DNA from: Acidimangrovimonas pyrenivorans
Lineage (GTDB): Bacteria; Pseudomonadota; Alphaproteobacteria; Rhodobacterales; Rhodobacteraceae
Assembly (NCBI RefSeq): GCF_042643245.1
Contig: NZ_JBHRSK010000004.1
Span: 2,040 to 26,039 of the forward strand
Direction of reading: 5' to 3'
DNA: 24,000 bases
Below, piece after piece: positions 8,638 through 16,955 of this stretch. The notes under the pieces are model-generated. The model was not told the origin of the DNA and did not search any database. It saw only the letters and a program-made list of their open reading frames with translations. Made by a program: the position numbers and the translations under genes. The first letter of the stretch is position 1. Each line of letters opens with the position of its first letter.

Positions 8638-8964
8638 TCAGCGCAAAGGCCAGGCCACTCGGCAAGAGCGGCGGCGCGGGTAGTGCCCTTCGCCGTCGAC
8701 ATTCACCAACAGCTTGTCGAGATGCCAGCGCCACCGGCTGAACCGCATGCCCGCGCCCCGCCGCTTGCGGATCTCGGACGCGAATAGCGGCCCGAACCTG
8801 TTCCACCGGAACCGCACCGTCTATTGGCTGATGTCGATCCCACGCGCGTGCGGCAGATCCCCGATGTTTCGCAGCGAGAGCGGGAATCGGACTTGCATCA
8901 TCACCGTCAGGCGAATGACTTCGGGCGACGCCTTGAAATGGCGGATCGGGGAGCGCAGTGCGAT
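8638..8964 (-). pseudogene. IS6-family transposase pseudogene (N-terminal ~95 codons only, with an in-frame stop)
   Basis: The minus strand reads (I)ALRSPIRHFKASPEVIRLTVMMQVRFPLSLRNIGDLPHARGIDISQ*TVRFRWNRFGPLFASEIRKRRGAGMRFSRWRWHLDKLLVNVDGEGHY.... This matches my recollection of rhizobial IS6-family transposase N-termini (..FRYFKTSPEIIRLAVMLYVRFPLSLRNVEDLLHERGIDISHETVRFWWNRFGP.FA.EIRKRR...RWHLDE.FVKING). Lesions: TAG at 8821-8823 where Glu is expected, ATC at the expected start codon (8962-8964), and homology that dies just after the first DDE Asp (WHLD). Confidence 0.7.
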
Positions 8965-9010
8965 TGCCGGACACGACGGCGCCCCTTGGGGCGCTCGTTT
9001 CAGCCGTGCC
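8638..9010 (-). mobile_element. remnant of an IS6-family insertion sequence (one degenerate terminal inverted repeat plus truncated transposase)
   Basis: The transposase fragment is as above. 46 nt upstream of its start position, the minus strand reads GGCACGGCTGAAAC (8997-9010). That matches 10 of 14 positions of the IS26-type terminal IR GGCACTGTTGCAAA as I remember it. No second IR was found. Confidence 0.5.
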
Positions 9011-9200
9011 TGGCGCGCGCGGTGGCGAGGGCCGAGAACCAGCGGCGACGGCGTCCCCGCCAGCTTGGCAGAAGGGGGGCGGTTTCCGCCGCACGGGAAC
9101 GCCCAGCCTTGCCCCGAGCCCGGCGTCGCCGCTGATGCCCCCCGCGAGTTCGGCAAGCCCTGCCACGAGCCCAAACGCTCGGCCGGCCGCCAGGCGGGGT

Positions 9201-11540
9201 TCATTTCGTCAGGCTCGCGAACAGCTCGGGGAGCTTTTCGGGCAGCCGGCTCACATGCTCGACGATCGTGTAGTTGTTGGCGCCGAAGATGCGTTTGACA
9301 TAGGCGTCGGCCTCGGGATCGAGGGTGAGGCAGTAGGTGAGGATACCCTTCGCGCGAAGGTCGTCGACCGCCTTGCGGGTGTCGTGGCGCAGGTGCTGGG
9401 GATCGCGCTCGTCGATGTCGGCGGGCGCGCCGTCGGTGACGAGGAGGATGAGCTTGCGCCGCTCGGGCTGGCGCAGGAGTTGGGCGCCGGCATGGCGCAG
9501 CGCCGCGCCCATCCGGGTCGACAGGCCGCCCTTCATCCCGTCGAGCCGCGCCTTGGCGTCATCGTCGAAGCGCTGACCGAAGTCCTTGAAGCGGGTGTAA
9601 TGCACGTCATGGCGCCCATCCGAGGCGAAGCCGTGTATTGCATAGGGGTCGCCGATGCCCGAAATCGCGGTGGCGACCAGCGCCGCGGCCTCGCGGGTGA
9701 GGTCGAGCACGGTCTTGTCGCTGTCCGCCACCGGATCGTTGGTGCTTTCCGACAGGTCGAGCAGCACCGTCACTGCCAGATCGCGCGACTTGATGACGTT
9801 GCGCATGGTGATGCGCGGGTTCGGCTGCGCGCCCATGCGGATCGCGACCATGGCGTCGACGGCGGCGTTCAGGTCGATCTCGTCGCCGTCCTCCATGTTG
9901 CGCAGCCGTTGCACGCCGGCGGGGCTGAGCATGTCGATGATCTTGCGGATGCGGTGGGCGACGGGCTTGTGCTCGGCCAGGATCGTCTCGACCGTCGCCG
10001 GATCGCCGCGGCGCGCGCGGCGCTCGTAGACCGTCGCCCAGTCGGGGCGGTAGAGCTGGAGTTGATAGTCCCATTCGGGATAGTGGACGGGCGGCGAGAT
10101 CGGCTCCTTGCCCCACATGTCGTTGAAGCTGGTGCTGGCCTCGCCGGCATCCTCATAGGGCATGAACTCGTCGCGGCAGACCCAGATCTCCTGGGCGTCG
10201 TCGCCGGCGAGCTCGGCATCGACCTCCTGCGCCATCTCCAGCACCGAGACATATTTGCGCAGCTGGCGCTGGCTGGCGGGGACATACCCCTCGCTGCTGT
10301 CCCAGTCGAATTCCTCGAAAGCCCAGACGAAACGGTTGTCGTCGCGATAGGGGATGCGCAGCGTATTGAGGACGCGAAGGCTCGGCACCTCGCGGCGCGC
10401 GGCAAGGATGTGGTAGAGGTCGAGCCCCAGATGCCAGGAGACCCCGTTGTCCTCGGCCCGGTCGGCGATCCCGGCATGGAAGCGCGCGCCCAGAGCGTCG
10501 AGCTCGGCATCGCCGGTGGCGGCGCCGGGATCGGCCAGCAGCCGGGCGAAGCGTTCGAGCTGCAGGACTGTCGGATGCTCGACCGCACCCGCGTGCTCAA
10601 TCGCCAGCAGCCGGCCCCAGAGCTTGGCCAGCCCGGGGAAGTCGCGTGCCGCCAGCCACTCGACGCGGGCGTCTTCGATCAGGCCGATGAAGACCATTTG
10701 CGCCGGGCTGAGCTGTTCGGCAGAAATCGCGGCCGCGGCATAGTGCAGATGCGCGGCCTGATGGGCGGCCATCGCGCGGTAGATCTCGGCCCCCGCGACG
10801 CCGGCGATGTCGTCCACCGCATCGGGCAGGTGCATCACGTGATGCTCGACATAGGGGCGGAACCCCTCGTAATCGGCGGCGGCGGGGCGCAGGAAGAAGT
10901 CTCGCCCCCAGAGCGCGCGCAGGTAGAAGTTGAGCTTGCGCTGGCTGTCGATGAACAGCGTGCCGCGCCGCTCCTGCTGCAGCATCCGGCGGGCGTCGGG
11001 GCTTTCGAGCGCGAAATATCGGCTCAGGTTGGGCAGGTCGCGCCGATAGGCATCGGCGCCGAAATTGGCCCAGCGGCGCAGGCCCGACAGGGTCAGCTTG
11101 GACAGCAGTTCGTCGATCTGGCCCAGCATCGGGCGCAGCCCGCGCGCGGCCTTGGCCGACAGCTGGTGGATCAGGCCGAGATAGCCGCGCAGCAGCTCCG
11201 GGTCGCCCAGCCGGCGCGCTGCCGTCGGCAGCGAGGAGAACAGCAGCGCGATCACCTCGCCCGAGGTCATCGAGCTCAGCTTCATCGCCGCGCCGGCGCA
11301 GTCGCGGATCACGTCCTCGCCGCATTCGCGCACCACCGCCGGCATGTTCTCGAGCCAGGCCAGCACGAGGTCGTGGCCGCGGCCGAGATTGCACAGCCCT
11401 CTGGCCGCCTCCATGTAATCCGCCAGCCCGGCCGGACTCATCACCCGCACCGCCTCCCGGAAGGACGGTTCGAGCGTGTCGAGGACCTCGGGCGGCGCCT
11501 TGGCGAAGCAGGCGCGGTAGTCGTCAAGATCGAGGGGCAT
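9201..11540 (-). CDS. cbbO: RuBisCO activase adaptor subunit CbbO (von Willebrand factor A domain protein, NorD-like)
   Basis: 779 aa, immediately downstream of cbbQ (14-nt gap). The C-terminal VWA domain has MIDAS DLSESTN and LILLVTDGAPADID. Size and position are those of CbbO in cbbLSQO operons. Confidence 0.9.
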   Translation of the reverse strand: MPLDLDDYRACFAKAPPEVLDTLEPSFREAVRVMSPAGLADYMEAARGLCNLGRGHDLVLAWLENMPAVVRECGEDVIRDCAGAAMKLSSMTSGEVIALLFSSLPTAARRLGDPELLRGYLGLIHQLSAKAARGLRPMLGQIDELLSKLTLSGLRRWANFGADAYRRDLPNLSRYFALESPDARRMLQQERRGTLFIDSQRKLNFYLRALWGRDFFLRPAAADYEGFRPYVEHHVMHLPDAVDDIAGVAGAEIYRAMAAHQAAHLHYAAAAISAEQLSPAQMVFIGLIEDARVEWLAARDFPGLAKLWGRLLAIEHAGAVEHPTVLQLERFARLLADPGAATGDAELDALGARFHAGIADRAEDNGVSWHLGLDLYHILAARREVPSLRVLNTLRIPYRDDNRFVWAFEEFDWDSSEGYVPASQRQLRKYVSVLEMAQEVDAELAGDDAQEIWVCRDEFMPYEDAGEASTSFNDMWGKEPISPPVHYPEWDYQLQLYRPDWATVYERRARRGDPATVETILAEHKPVAHRIRKIIDMLSPAGVQRLRNMEDGDEIDLNAAVDAMVAIRMGAQPNPRITMRNVIKSRDLAVTVLLDLSESTNDPVADSDKTVLDLTREAAALVATAISGIGDPYAIHGFASDGRHDVHYTRFKDFGQRFDDDAKARLDGMKGGLSTRMGAALRHAGAQLLRQPERRKLILLVTDGAPADIDERDPQHLRHDTRKAVDDLRAKGILTYCLTLDPEADAYVKRIFGANNYTIVEHVSRLPEKLPELFASLTK

Positions 11541-11554
11541 GCCGCGCTCCGTCG

Positions 11555-12367
11555 CTAGCAGACGAAAAAGGTCTCCACCGCCGCCTGCAGCGTCTGGCGC
11601 ATGTCGGGATCGTCGGTGAGCGGCGTGACCAGCGTCATCTGGCAGGCGGCCTCGGGGGCGACGCCCTGGGCGATCATGTGGCCGGCATAGACCAGCAGGC
11701 GGGTCGAGATTCCCTCGTCGAGCCCGTGACCCTTGAGGTTGCGGGTGCGGTGGGCGACCTGGACCAGCTTGTTGGCGGTCTCGGTTGCGACCCCGGTCTC
11801 GTGGGCCAGGATCTCGGCCTCCAGCTTCGCTTCGGGATAGTCGAAATCGAGCGCCGCGAAGCGTTGCTTGGTCGACTGCTTGAGGTCCTTCATCAGCGAT
11901 TGGTAGCCGGGGTTGTAGGAGATCACAAGCTGGAAGTCGGGATGGGCCTCGATCACCTCGCCCTTCTTGTCCAGCGGCAGCATGCGGCGGTGATCGGTCA
12001 GCGGGTGGATGACAACGGTGGTATCCTGACGCGCCTCGACCACCTCATCGAGATAGCAGATCGCGCCGATCCGGGCGGCGGTGGCCAGCGGCCCGTCCTG
12101 CCAGCGGGTGCCGTCGCGGTCGAGCAGGAACCGGCCGACGAGGTCCGAGGCGGTCATGTCCTCGTTGCAGGCGACGGTGATCAGCGGCCGGCCCAGCTTC
12201 CACGCCATGTATTCGACGAAGCGGGACTTGCCGCAGCCCGTCGGGCCTTTCAGCATCACCGGCACGCGCCGGGCATAGGCGGCCTCGTAGAGCGCCACTT
12301 CCGAGCCGACGACCCGGTAATGGGGCTCGGTCTTGACCTCGAATTGCTGGATATCGTGCTTGACCAT
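11555..12367 (-). CDS. cbbQ: RuBisCO activase AAA+ ATPase CbbQ (MoxR class, NirQ/NorQ-like)
   Basis: 270 aa. Walker A GPTGCGKS, Walker B ICYLDEVVEA. The sequence is typical of CbbQ throughout (HYRVVGSEVALYEAAY..., ISYNPGYQS). Confidence 0.95.
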   Translation of the reverse strand: MVKHDIQQFEVKTEPHYRVVGSEVALYEAAYARRVPVMLKGPTGCGKSRFVEYMAWKLGRPLITVACNEDMTASDLVGRFLLDRDGTRWQDGPLATAARIGAICYLDEVVEARQDTTVVIHPLTDHRRMLPLDKKGEVIEAHPDFQLVISYNPGYQSLMKDLKQSTKQRFAALDFDYPEAKLEAEILAHETGVATETANKLVQVAHRTRNLKGHGLDEGISTRLLVYAGHMIAQGVAPEAACQMTLVTPLTDDPDMRQTLQAAVETFFVC

Positions 12368-12390
12368 GTTTTCCTCCCCGGTGTCCGCAG

Positions 12391-12412
12391 CCGGCCCGCG
12401 CGGGCGGGCCGG
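12391..12412 (-). terminator. GC stem-loop between cbbS and cbbQ (possible partial terminator or processing/stability element)
   Basis: CCGGCCCGC (12391-12399) is the reverse complement of GCGGGCCGG (12404-12412), with a 4-nt loop. It lies in the 55-nt cbbS-cbbQ spacer. No U-tract. Confidence 0.35.
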
Positions 12413-12422
12413 GCGCTCGCGT

Positions 12423-12779
12423 TCAGACCGGCTTGCCGCGGTGGATCACCATCTCGGCGCCTTTCGACTGGGCGTAGTTGTCGTAGCCGACCAGCCGGAC
12501 GTGATTGGCCGGATGCGCCTTGTGGCAGGCTTCGGCCTCGGACAGGATGCGGTCGACATCGGTCTCGCCGAACATCGGCAGCTTCCACATGTACCAGTAA
12601 TGGCTCATCGCGTTCTCCGGCTCGGTATGTTCGACCGCCGGGTTCCAGCCTTTCGAGACGATGTATTCCACCTGCTTGCGGATCTGGTCGGCATCCATCG
12701 CCGGCAGGTAGGAGAAAGTCTCGAACTTGCGGCTGGCGACGTCGCCCAGCGACGATTTGTAGTCCTGCATCTCGCTCAT
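12423..12779 (-). CDS. cbbS: RuBisCO small subunit, form IA
   Basis: 118 aa: [26 protein letters not shown]...[12 protein letters not shown]...[14 protein letters not shown]. Start ATG is the complement of 12777-12779. The remainder of the track ORF (to 13442) is an out-of-frame read-on into cbbL. Confidence 0.95.
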   Translation of the reverse strand: MSEMQDYKSSLGDVASRKFETFSYLPAMDADQIRKQVEYIVSKGWNPAVEHTEPENAMSHYWYMWKLPMFGETDVDRILSEAEACHKAHPANHVRLVGYDNYAQSKGAEMVIHRGKPV

Positions 12780-12847
12780 TGTGCGGGTCCTTTCCAAATT
12801 CGGGTTGGCGGGCCCCCGGGTGCGCCCCGGGGGCGGGGAAGAAGGGA

Positions 12848-14278
12848 TCAGCGGTGTTGCACGTCGAGCTTGTCGACGGTGTCGAACTCGAACTTGATCT
12901 CCTTCCAGGTCTCCATCGCGGTGGCGAGCTCGGGGCTCGACCTGGCGGCCTTGGTCAGGATGTCCTTGCCTTCCTTTTCGAGCACCCGGCCCTGGTTGCG
13001 GGCCTCGACGCAGGCTTCCAGCGCCACCCGGTTGGCGGCGGCGCCGGCGGCGTTGCCCCAGGGATGGCCGAGCGTGCCGCCGCCGAATTGCAGCACCGCG
13101 TTGTCGCCGAAGATCGTCACCAGCGCCGGCATGTGCCAGACATGGATGCCGCCCGAGGCGACGGCGAAGGCGCCGGGCATCGCGCCCCAGTCCTGGTCGA
13201 AGAAGATCCCGCGCGAGCGGTCCTCCTTGACGTGGCGCTCGCGCAGCAGGTCGATCCAGCCCAGCGTCGAGGCGCGGTCGCCCTCGAGCTTGCCGACCAC
13301 GGTGCCGGTATGCAGGTGGTCGCCGCCCGACAGCCGCAGCATCTTGGTCAGCACCCGGAAATGGATGCCGTGATTGGGGTTGCGGTCGATCACCGTGTGC
13401 ATGGCGCGGTGGATATGCAGCAGCATGCCGTTGTCGCGGCACCAGTTGGCGAGGCCGGTATTAGCGGTGAAGCCGCCGGTCAGGTAGTCGTGCATGATGA
13501 TCGGCGCGCCCAGCTCCTTGGCGTATTCTGCGCGCTTGTACATCTCCTCGGGCGTCGGCGCGGTGACGTTGAGGTAATGGCCCTTGCGCTCGCCGGTCTC
13601 GGCCTCGGCCTTCTGGATCGCCTCCATCACGAAGTCGAACCGCTGGCGCCAGCGCATGAAGGGCTGCGAGTTGACGTTCTCGTCGTCCTTGGTGAAGTCG
13701 AGCCCGCCACGCAGGCCCTCGTAACAGGCCCGGCCGTAGTTCTTGGCGCTCAGCCCCAGCTTGGGCTTGATCGTGCAGCCCAGCAGCGGGCGGCCGTACT
13801 TGTTCATCACGTCGCGCTCGACCTGGATGCCGTTCGGCGGGCCGCCGCAGGTCATCACATAGGCGAGCGGGATGCGCACGTCCTCCAGCCGCAACGCCCG
13901 CACCGCCTTGAAGCCGAAGACGTTGCCGACCAGAGAGGTCAGCACGTTGACCACCGAGCCTTCCTCGAACAGGTCGATCGGGTAGGCGATGAAGGCGTAG
14001 AAGGCCTCGTCATTGCCGGGCACGTCCTCGATCGCGTAGGCGCGGCCCTTGTAATATTCCAGATCGGTCAGCAGGTCGGTCCAGACCGTCGTCCAGGTGC
14101 CGGTCGAGCTTTCGGCGGCGACGGCCGCGGCGGCCTCCTCGCGCGGGACGCCCTCCTGCGGGATGACCTTGAAACAGGCCAGGAAGTCGGTGGCCCGGGG
14201 GGTGTATTCGGGCATCCAGTAGGTTTCGCGATATTCCTTCACCCCGGCGGTGTAAGTCCTGCTGTGGTCTTTCGGCAT
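12848..14278 (-). CDS. cbbL: RuBisCO large subunit, form I, green-type IA
   Basis: 476 aa. [18 protein letters not shown]-terminus; [19 protein letters not shown] (carbamylated Lys / metal site); [11 protein letters not shown]; [18 protein letters not shown]. The strong SD GGGAGGAG lies just upstream. Linkage to cbbQ/cbbO and absence of carboxysome genes indicate the non-carboxysomal IA (Q-type) form. Confidence 0.97.
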   Translation of the reverse strand: MPKDHSRTYTAGVKEYRETYWMPEYTPRATDFLACFKVIPQEGVPREEAAAAVAAESSTGTWTTVWTDLLTDLEYYKGRAYAIEDVPGNDEAFYAFIAYPIDLFEEGSVVNVLTSLVGNVFGFKAVRALRLEDVRIPLAYVMTCGGPPNGIQVERDVMNKYGRPLLGCTIKPKLGLSAKNYGRACYEGLRGGLDFTKDDENVNSQPFMRWRQRFDFVMEAIQKAEAETGERKGHYLNVTAPTPEEMYKRAEYAKELGAPIIMHDYLTGGFTANTGLANWCRDNGMLLHIHRAMHTVIDRNPNHGIHFRVLTKMLRLSGGDHLHTGTVVGKLEGDRASTLGWIDLLRERHVKEDRSRGIFFDQDWGAMPGAFAVASGGIHVWHMPALVTIFGDNAVLQFGGGTLGHPWGNAAGAAANRVALEACVEARNQGRVLEKEGKDILTKAARSSPELATAMETWKEIKFEFDTVDKLDVQHR

Positions 14279-14380
14279 CTGAGTGGCTCCTCCCTCATCG
14301 GCATGCGTTGAGAGAGTCGTAATTGACCGGTGAAATAGAGAAAACTAAATTGTTTTTATCAAAGCTATAGGGGTTTATTT
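14279..14380. promoter_or_regulatory. divergent cbbL / cbbR control region with back-to-back promoter candidates and LysR-type T-N11-A motifs
   Basis: This is the only strongly AT-rich stretch for several kb. cbbR side: TTGACC 14323-14328, 17 nt, TAAATT 14346-14351. cbbL side (minus strand): TTGATA (complement of 14357-14362), 17 nt, TCTATT (complement of 14334-14339). T-N11-A dyads: TAAA-N5-TTTA at 14346-14358 and TAT-N7-ATA at 14357-14369. Confidence 0.6.
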
Positions 14381-15364
14381 ATGGCAAAGCTCATCCTGCC
14401 GACCGTGCAGCAGATGCGGCTGTTCGAGGCGGTGGCGCGGCATGGAAGCGTTACCCGGGCGGCCGAGGAGGTTCACCTCACGCAGCCCTCGGTCTCGATG
14501 CAGGTCAAGGCGCTCGAGGAAAAGATCGGCATGTCGCTGACCGAGCAGGTCGGCAAGACGCTGCACCTGACCCGTGCGGGGCAGGAGGTGGCGCAGGCCG
14601 GCCGCGACATTCTCGACCGGCTGGCCGAGATGGAGACCGCGCTCGAAGACCTGCATGGCGCGGTGGCGGGGCCGCTGTCGGTGGCCGTCGTCTCGACGGC
14701 GAAATATTTCCTGCCGCAACTCCTTGGCCGCTTCAAGCGGCGCTTTCCCGAGGTGGCGCCGCGGCTGACGATCACCAACCGCGAGACCGTGCTGGCGCGG
14801 CTGGCCGAGAACCGCGACGACCTCTACATAATGGGCCTCCCGCCGCAGGAGGACGCGGTGGTCGCCGAGCCTTTCCTGGAAAACGTGATCGTCTTCGTCG
14901 CCCGGCCGGACCATCCGCTGGCGGGGCGCAAGGCGATTCCGCTGGCCCGGATCGCCGAGGAGAACGTGATCCGCCGCGAGCCGGGATCGGGCACCCGCCA
15001 GGCGGTGGAAAAGCTCTGCCGCTCGGTCCGGGTGAGCCTTGAGACCCATATGGAGTTCGACGACAGCGAGGCGATCAAGCAGGGGGTGATCTCGGGACTC
15101 GGGATCGCCTATCTCTCGCTGCACTCGCTGCGGCTGGAACTGGCGGCGGGCGAGCTCGCGGTGCTGGATGTCGAGGGCTTCCCGCTGCGCCGGCGCTGGT
15201 ATGCCGCCCATCGCCGGGGCAAGCGGCTGTCGAATGCGGCGCAGGCGTTTCTGGACTACCTTCTTGTCGAGGGCGAGCAGGAAGTCGCCAAGTCGAACCC
15301 GTCCCCTGCCGGGGCGTCGCCGCGCGAGATGGGCGGTCTTGCCGGAGAGGCCGCCCGGGGGTGA
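14381..15364 (+). CDS. cbbR: LysR-family transcriptional regulator CbbR
   Basis: 327 aa. The N-terminal wHTH (RLFEAVARHGSVTRAAEEVHLTQPSVSMQVKALEEKIG) is typical of CbbR. It is divergently transcribed from cbbL. It has a low-complexity C-terminal tail (...SNPSPAGASPREMGGLAGEAARG). Confidence 0.9.
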   Translation: MAKLILPTVQQMRLFEAVARHGSVTRAAEEVHLTQPSVSMQVKALEEKIGMSLTEQVGKTLHLTRAGQEVAQAGRDILDRLAEMETALEDLHGAVAGPLSVAVVSTAKYFLPQLLGRFKRRFPEVAPRLTITNRETVLARLAENRDDLYIMGLPPQEDAVVAEPFLENVIVFVARPDHPLAGRKAIPLARIAEENVIRREPGSGTRQAVEKLCRSVRVSLETHMEFDDSEAIKQGVISGLGIAYLSLHSLRLELAAGELAVLDVEGFPLRRRWYAAHRRGKRLSNAAQAFLDYLLVEGEQEVAKSNPSPAGASPREMGGLAGEAARG

Positions 15365-15740
15365 GCCTTCGCCGCTGAACTGGTCGCGGCAGGCGGGACT
15401 GTCCGCCGCGCTGGGCTGCAACGCCTTGCAGGCTTCGCCGCCCTTGGCGTGGCCGCGGTCTTCCTGGTCCTGTCCGGCGACGCCCAAACCATGCCTTGCA
15501 TGTCCGTGCCGCTCGCAAGCCGGCGCTCCCGAACCGGCTCGCGCATCGCCTCGCCGCGGCCGGGGTTGGGCCGGCCCCTGCCGTCCCGCACCCGCGTCAT
15601 CCTCGACGAGATCGCCGCCGCCGGGATCGCGCGCGACGATGGCCGCCTCCCGGAGCTGCCGGCGCGGCGATCCTTTCCAGCCCCCCCAACAGTCCTTCCG
15701 GGCCAGGGCAGGGCGCGGTTTGTCTCTGCCTCCCCCGGGC

Positions 15741-16955
15741 CTAGCTGCCGTCTCGCGGAGGGGGGGACACGCCGACATAGCGTGCCCGCGGACGGATCAG
15801 CCCGTCCTCGTCGCGCTGCTCCAGCGCGTGGGCGATCCATCCCGCCGTCCGGCCGATCGCGAACAGCGCCAGCGCCGCGCCCCGCGGCAGGGCCAGCGCG
15901 CGCCGGATCGCGACCAGTGCGAAGTCGAGATTGGGATGGCGTCCGGCGCTTTCGGCCATGGTCGCGACCAGCGTCTCGCGCCCGGGCTCCGGCGGCAGCA
16001 GGCCGAGCAGGGCCCGCGCCCGGGGATCGCCGTCGGGATAGAGGCGATGGCCGAAGCCGGGCACGCCGTCGCCGCGCCGGAACCGGGTCTCGATCAGGCC
16101 CGCCACGTCGGCCGGGGCGGAGATCTCGTCCATCAGCGCCTCGACGAGGCTGGTCGTGCCGCCATGCAGCGGCCCGCCCAGGGCCGAGAGCCCGGCGCTC
16201 AGGCAGGCCCCGAGCGAGGCGCCGGTCGAGGCCACCACCCGGACCGCGAAGGCCGAGGCGTTGAGTTCGTGATCCGCCGCCAGCACCAGCGCCCGGCGCA
16301 GGAGTTCGGCGCCCTGCCGGTCCACGCCCCAGACCTGCGCCAGCCTCTCGTGGGTCGGCATGGCCTGCGGCGGGCTCGCCGTGGCCGCCCCGGTCATCGC
16401 GCGCAAAAACTCCGCCGCGCCGGGCCAGAGCCAGCGGCTCTCGCGCTGCCAGGCAATCGCCCGCCCCGCGGCGACCAGCGGCAGCAGCATCTGGCAGCGT
16501 TCGCTCAGCGGCAGTTCCGCGGCCCGGGCAAGCAGCGCCTCGTCCCAGGCGGTCCCGGCCTCGGCCATGTCCTTCCCCGCCGCGAACGGATCGGCCTCGC
16601 CACAGTCCCAGAGCAGCCGCGCCGTCTCTTCCAGCGTCGCGTGTTCGGCCCATTGCGCCGCATCGTGGCCGCGGTAGTAGAGCCGCCCGCCCTCGATCAG
16701 CGTGATCGCCGAGGACAGCACCGGCAGCCCCCAGTCGAGCGTCGCCGCGGCGACCTCGCGCGGGCGGCGCCCGACGGTCTTGCGCCTGGCCAGCGTGGCG
16801 ATGTCCCCGGCGCTGTAGAGCCGCCGCCGGGGATCGTCCGGGGCAGGGGCCGTGCGGACCAGTCCCCGGCTGACATAGGCGTAAAGCGTGGCGCGGCTGA
16901 CGCCGAGGGTTTCGGCGGCGGCCTCGGCGTCGAGGAACGGGGAACTGTCGGTCAT
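15741..16955 (-). CDS. fusion protein: N-terminal excisionase/MerR-type helix-turn-helix plus citrate synthase-family domain
   Basis: 404 aa from ATG (complement of 16953-16955); the rest of the 988-aa track ORF is antisense noise. HTH: LDAEAAAETLGVSRATLYAYVSRGLV...LYSAGDIATLARRK. Citrate-synthase blocks: ADHELNASAF, GGPLHGGT, GFGHRLYPDGDPRA, PNLDFALV, GRTAGWIAHALEQ, IRPRARYVG. Confidence 0.85.
   Translation of the reverse strand: MTDSSPFLDAEAAAETLGVSRATLYAYVSRGLVRTAPAPDDPRRRLYSAGDIATLARRKTVGRRPREVAAATLDWGLPVLSSAITLIEGGRLYYRGHDAAQWAEHATLEETARLLWDCGEADPFAAGKDMAEAGTAWDEALLARAAELPLSERCQMLLPLVAAGRAIAWQRESRWLWPGAAEFLRAMTGAATASPPQAMPTHERLAQVWGVDRQGAELLRRALVLAADHELNASAFAVRVVASTGASLGACLSAGLSALGGPLHGGTTSLVEALMDEISAPADVAGLIETRFRRGDGVPGFGHRLYPDGDPRARALLGLLPPEPGRETLVATMAESAGRHPNLDFALVAIRRALALPRGAALALFAIGRTAGWIAHALEQRDEDGLIRPRARYVGVSPPPRDGS

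Noticed and set aside
8958-9204. Short ORFs on both strands between the IS remnant and cbbO (for example the N-terminal part of 8821-9204 on the minus strand, and 8714-9298 on the plus strand).
   Set aside because: The translations are Pro/Arg/Gly/Ala-rich with no motifs. There is no RBS or start context. They probably represent degenerate IS-flank or spacer sequence.
12423-13442. 339-aa ORF spanning cbbS and part of cbbL.
   Set aside because: Only the last 118 codons are RuBisCO small subunit. The upstream part is an out-of-frame reading across the 3' end of cbbL.
9201-14278. Possibility of a carboxysome-associated RuBisCO operon.
   Set aside because: No csoS2/csoS3/shell-protein genes follow cbbS. 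cbbQ and cbbO follow directly, which is the non-carboxysomal arrangement.
15362-16264. The reading frame stays open in phase after the cbbR TGA (possible stop-codon read-through extension).
   Set aside because: No recoding signal or conserved-looking extension is present. The downstream peptide is low-complexity, and the frame soon runs antisense through the citrate-synthase-family gene. This is a chance open frame in GC-rich DNA.
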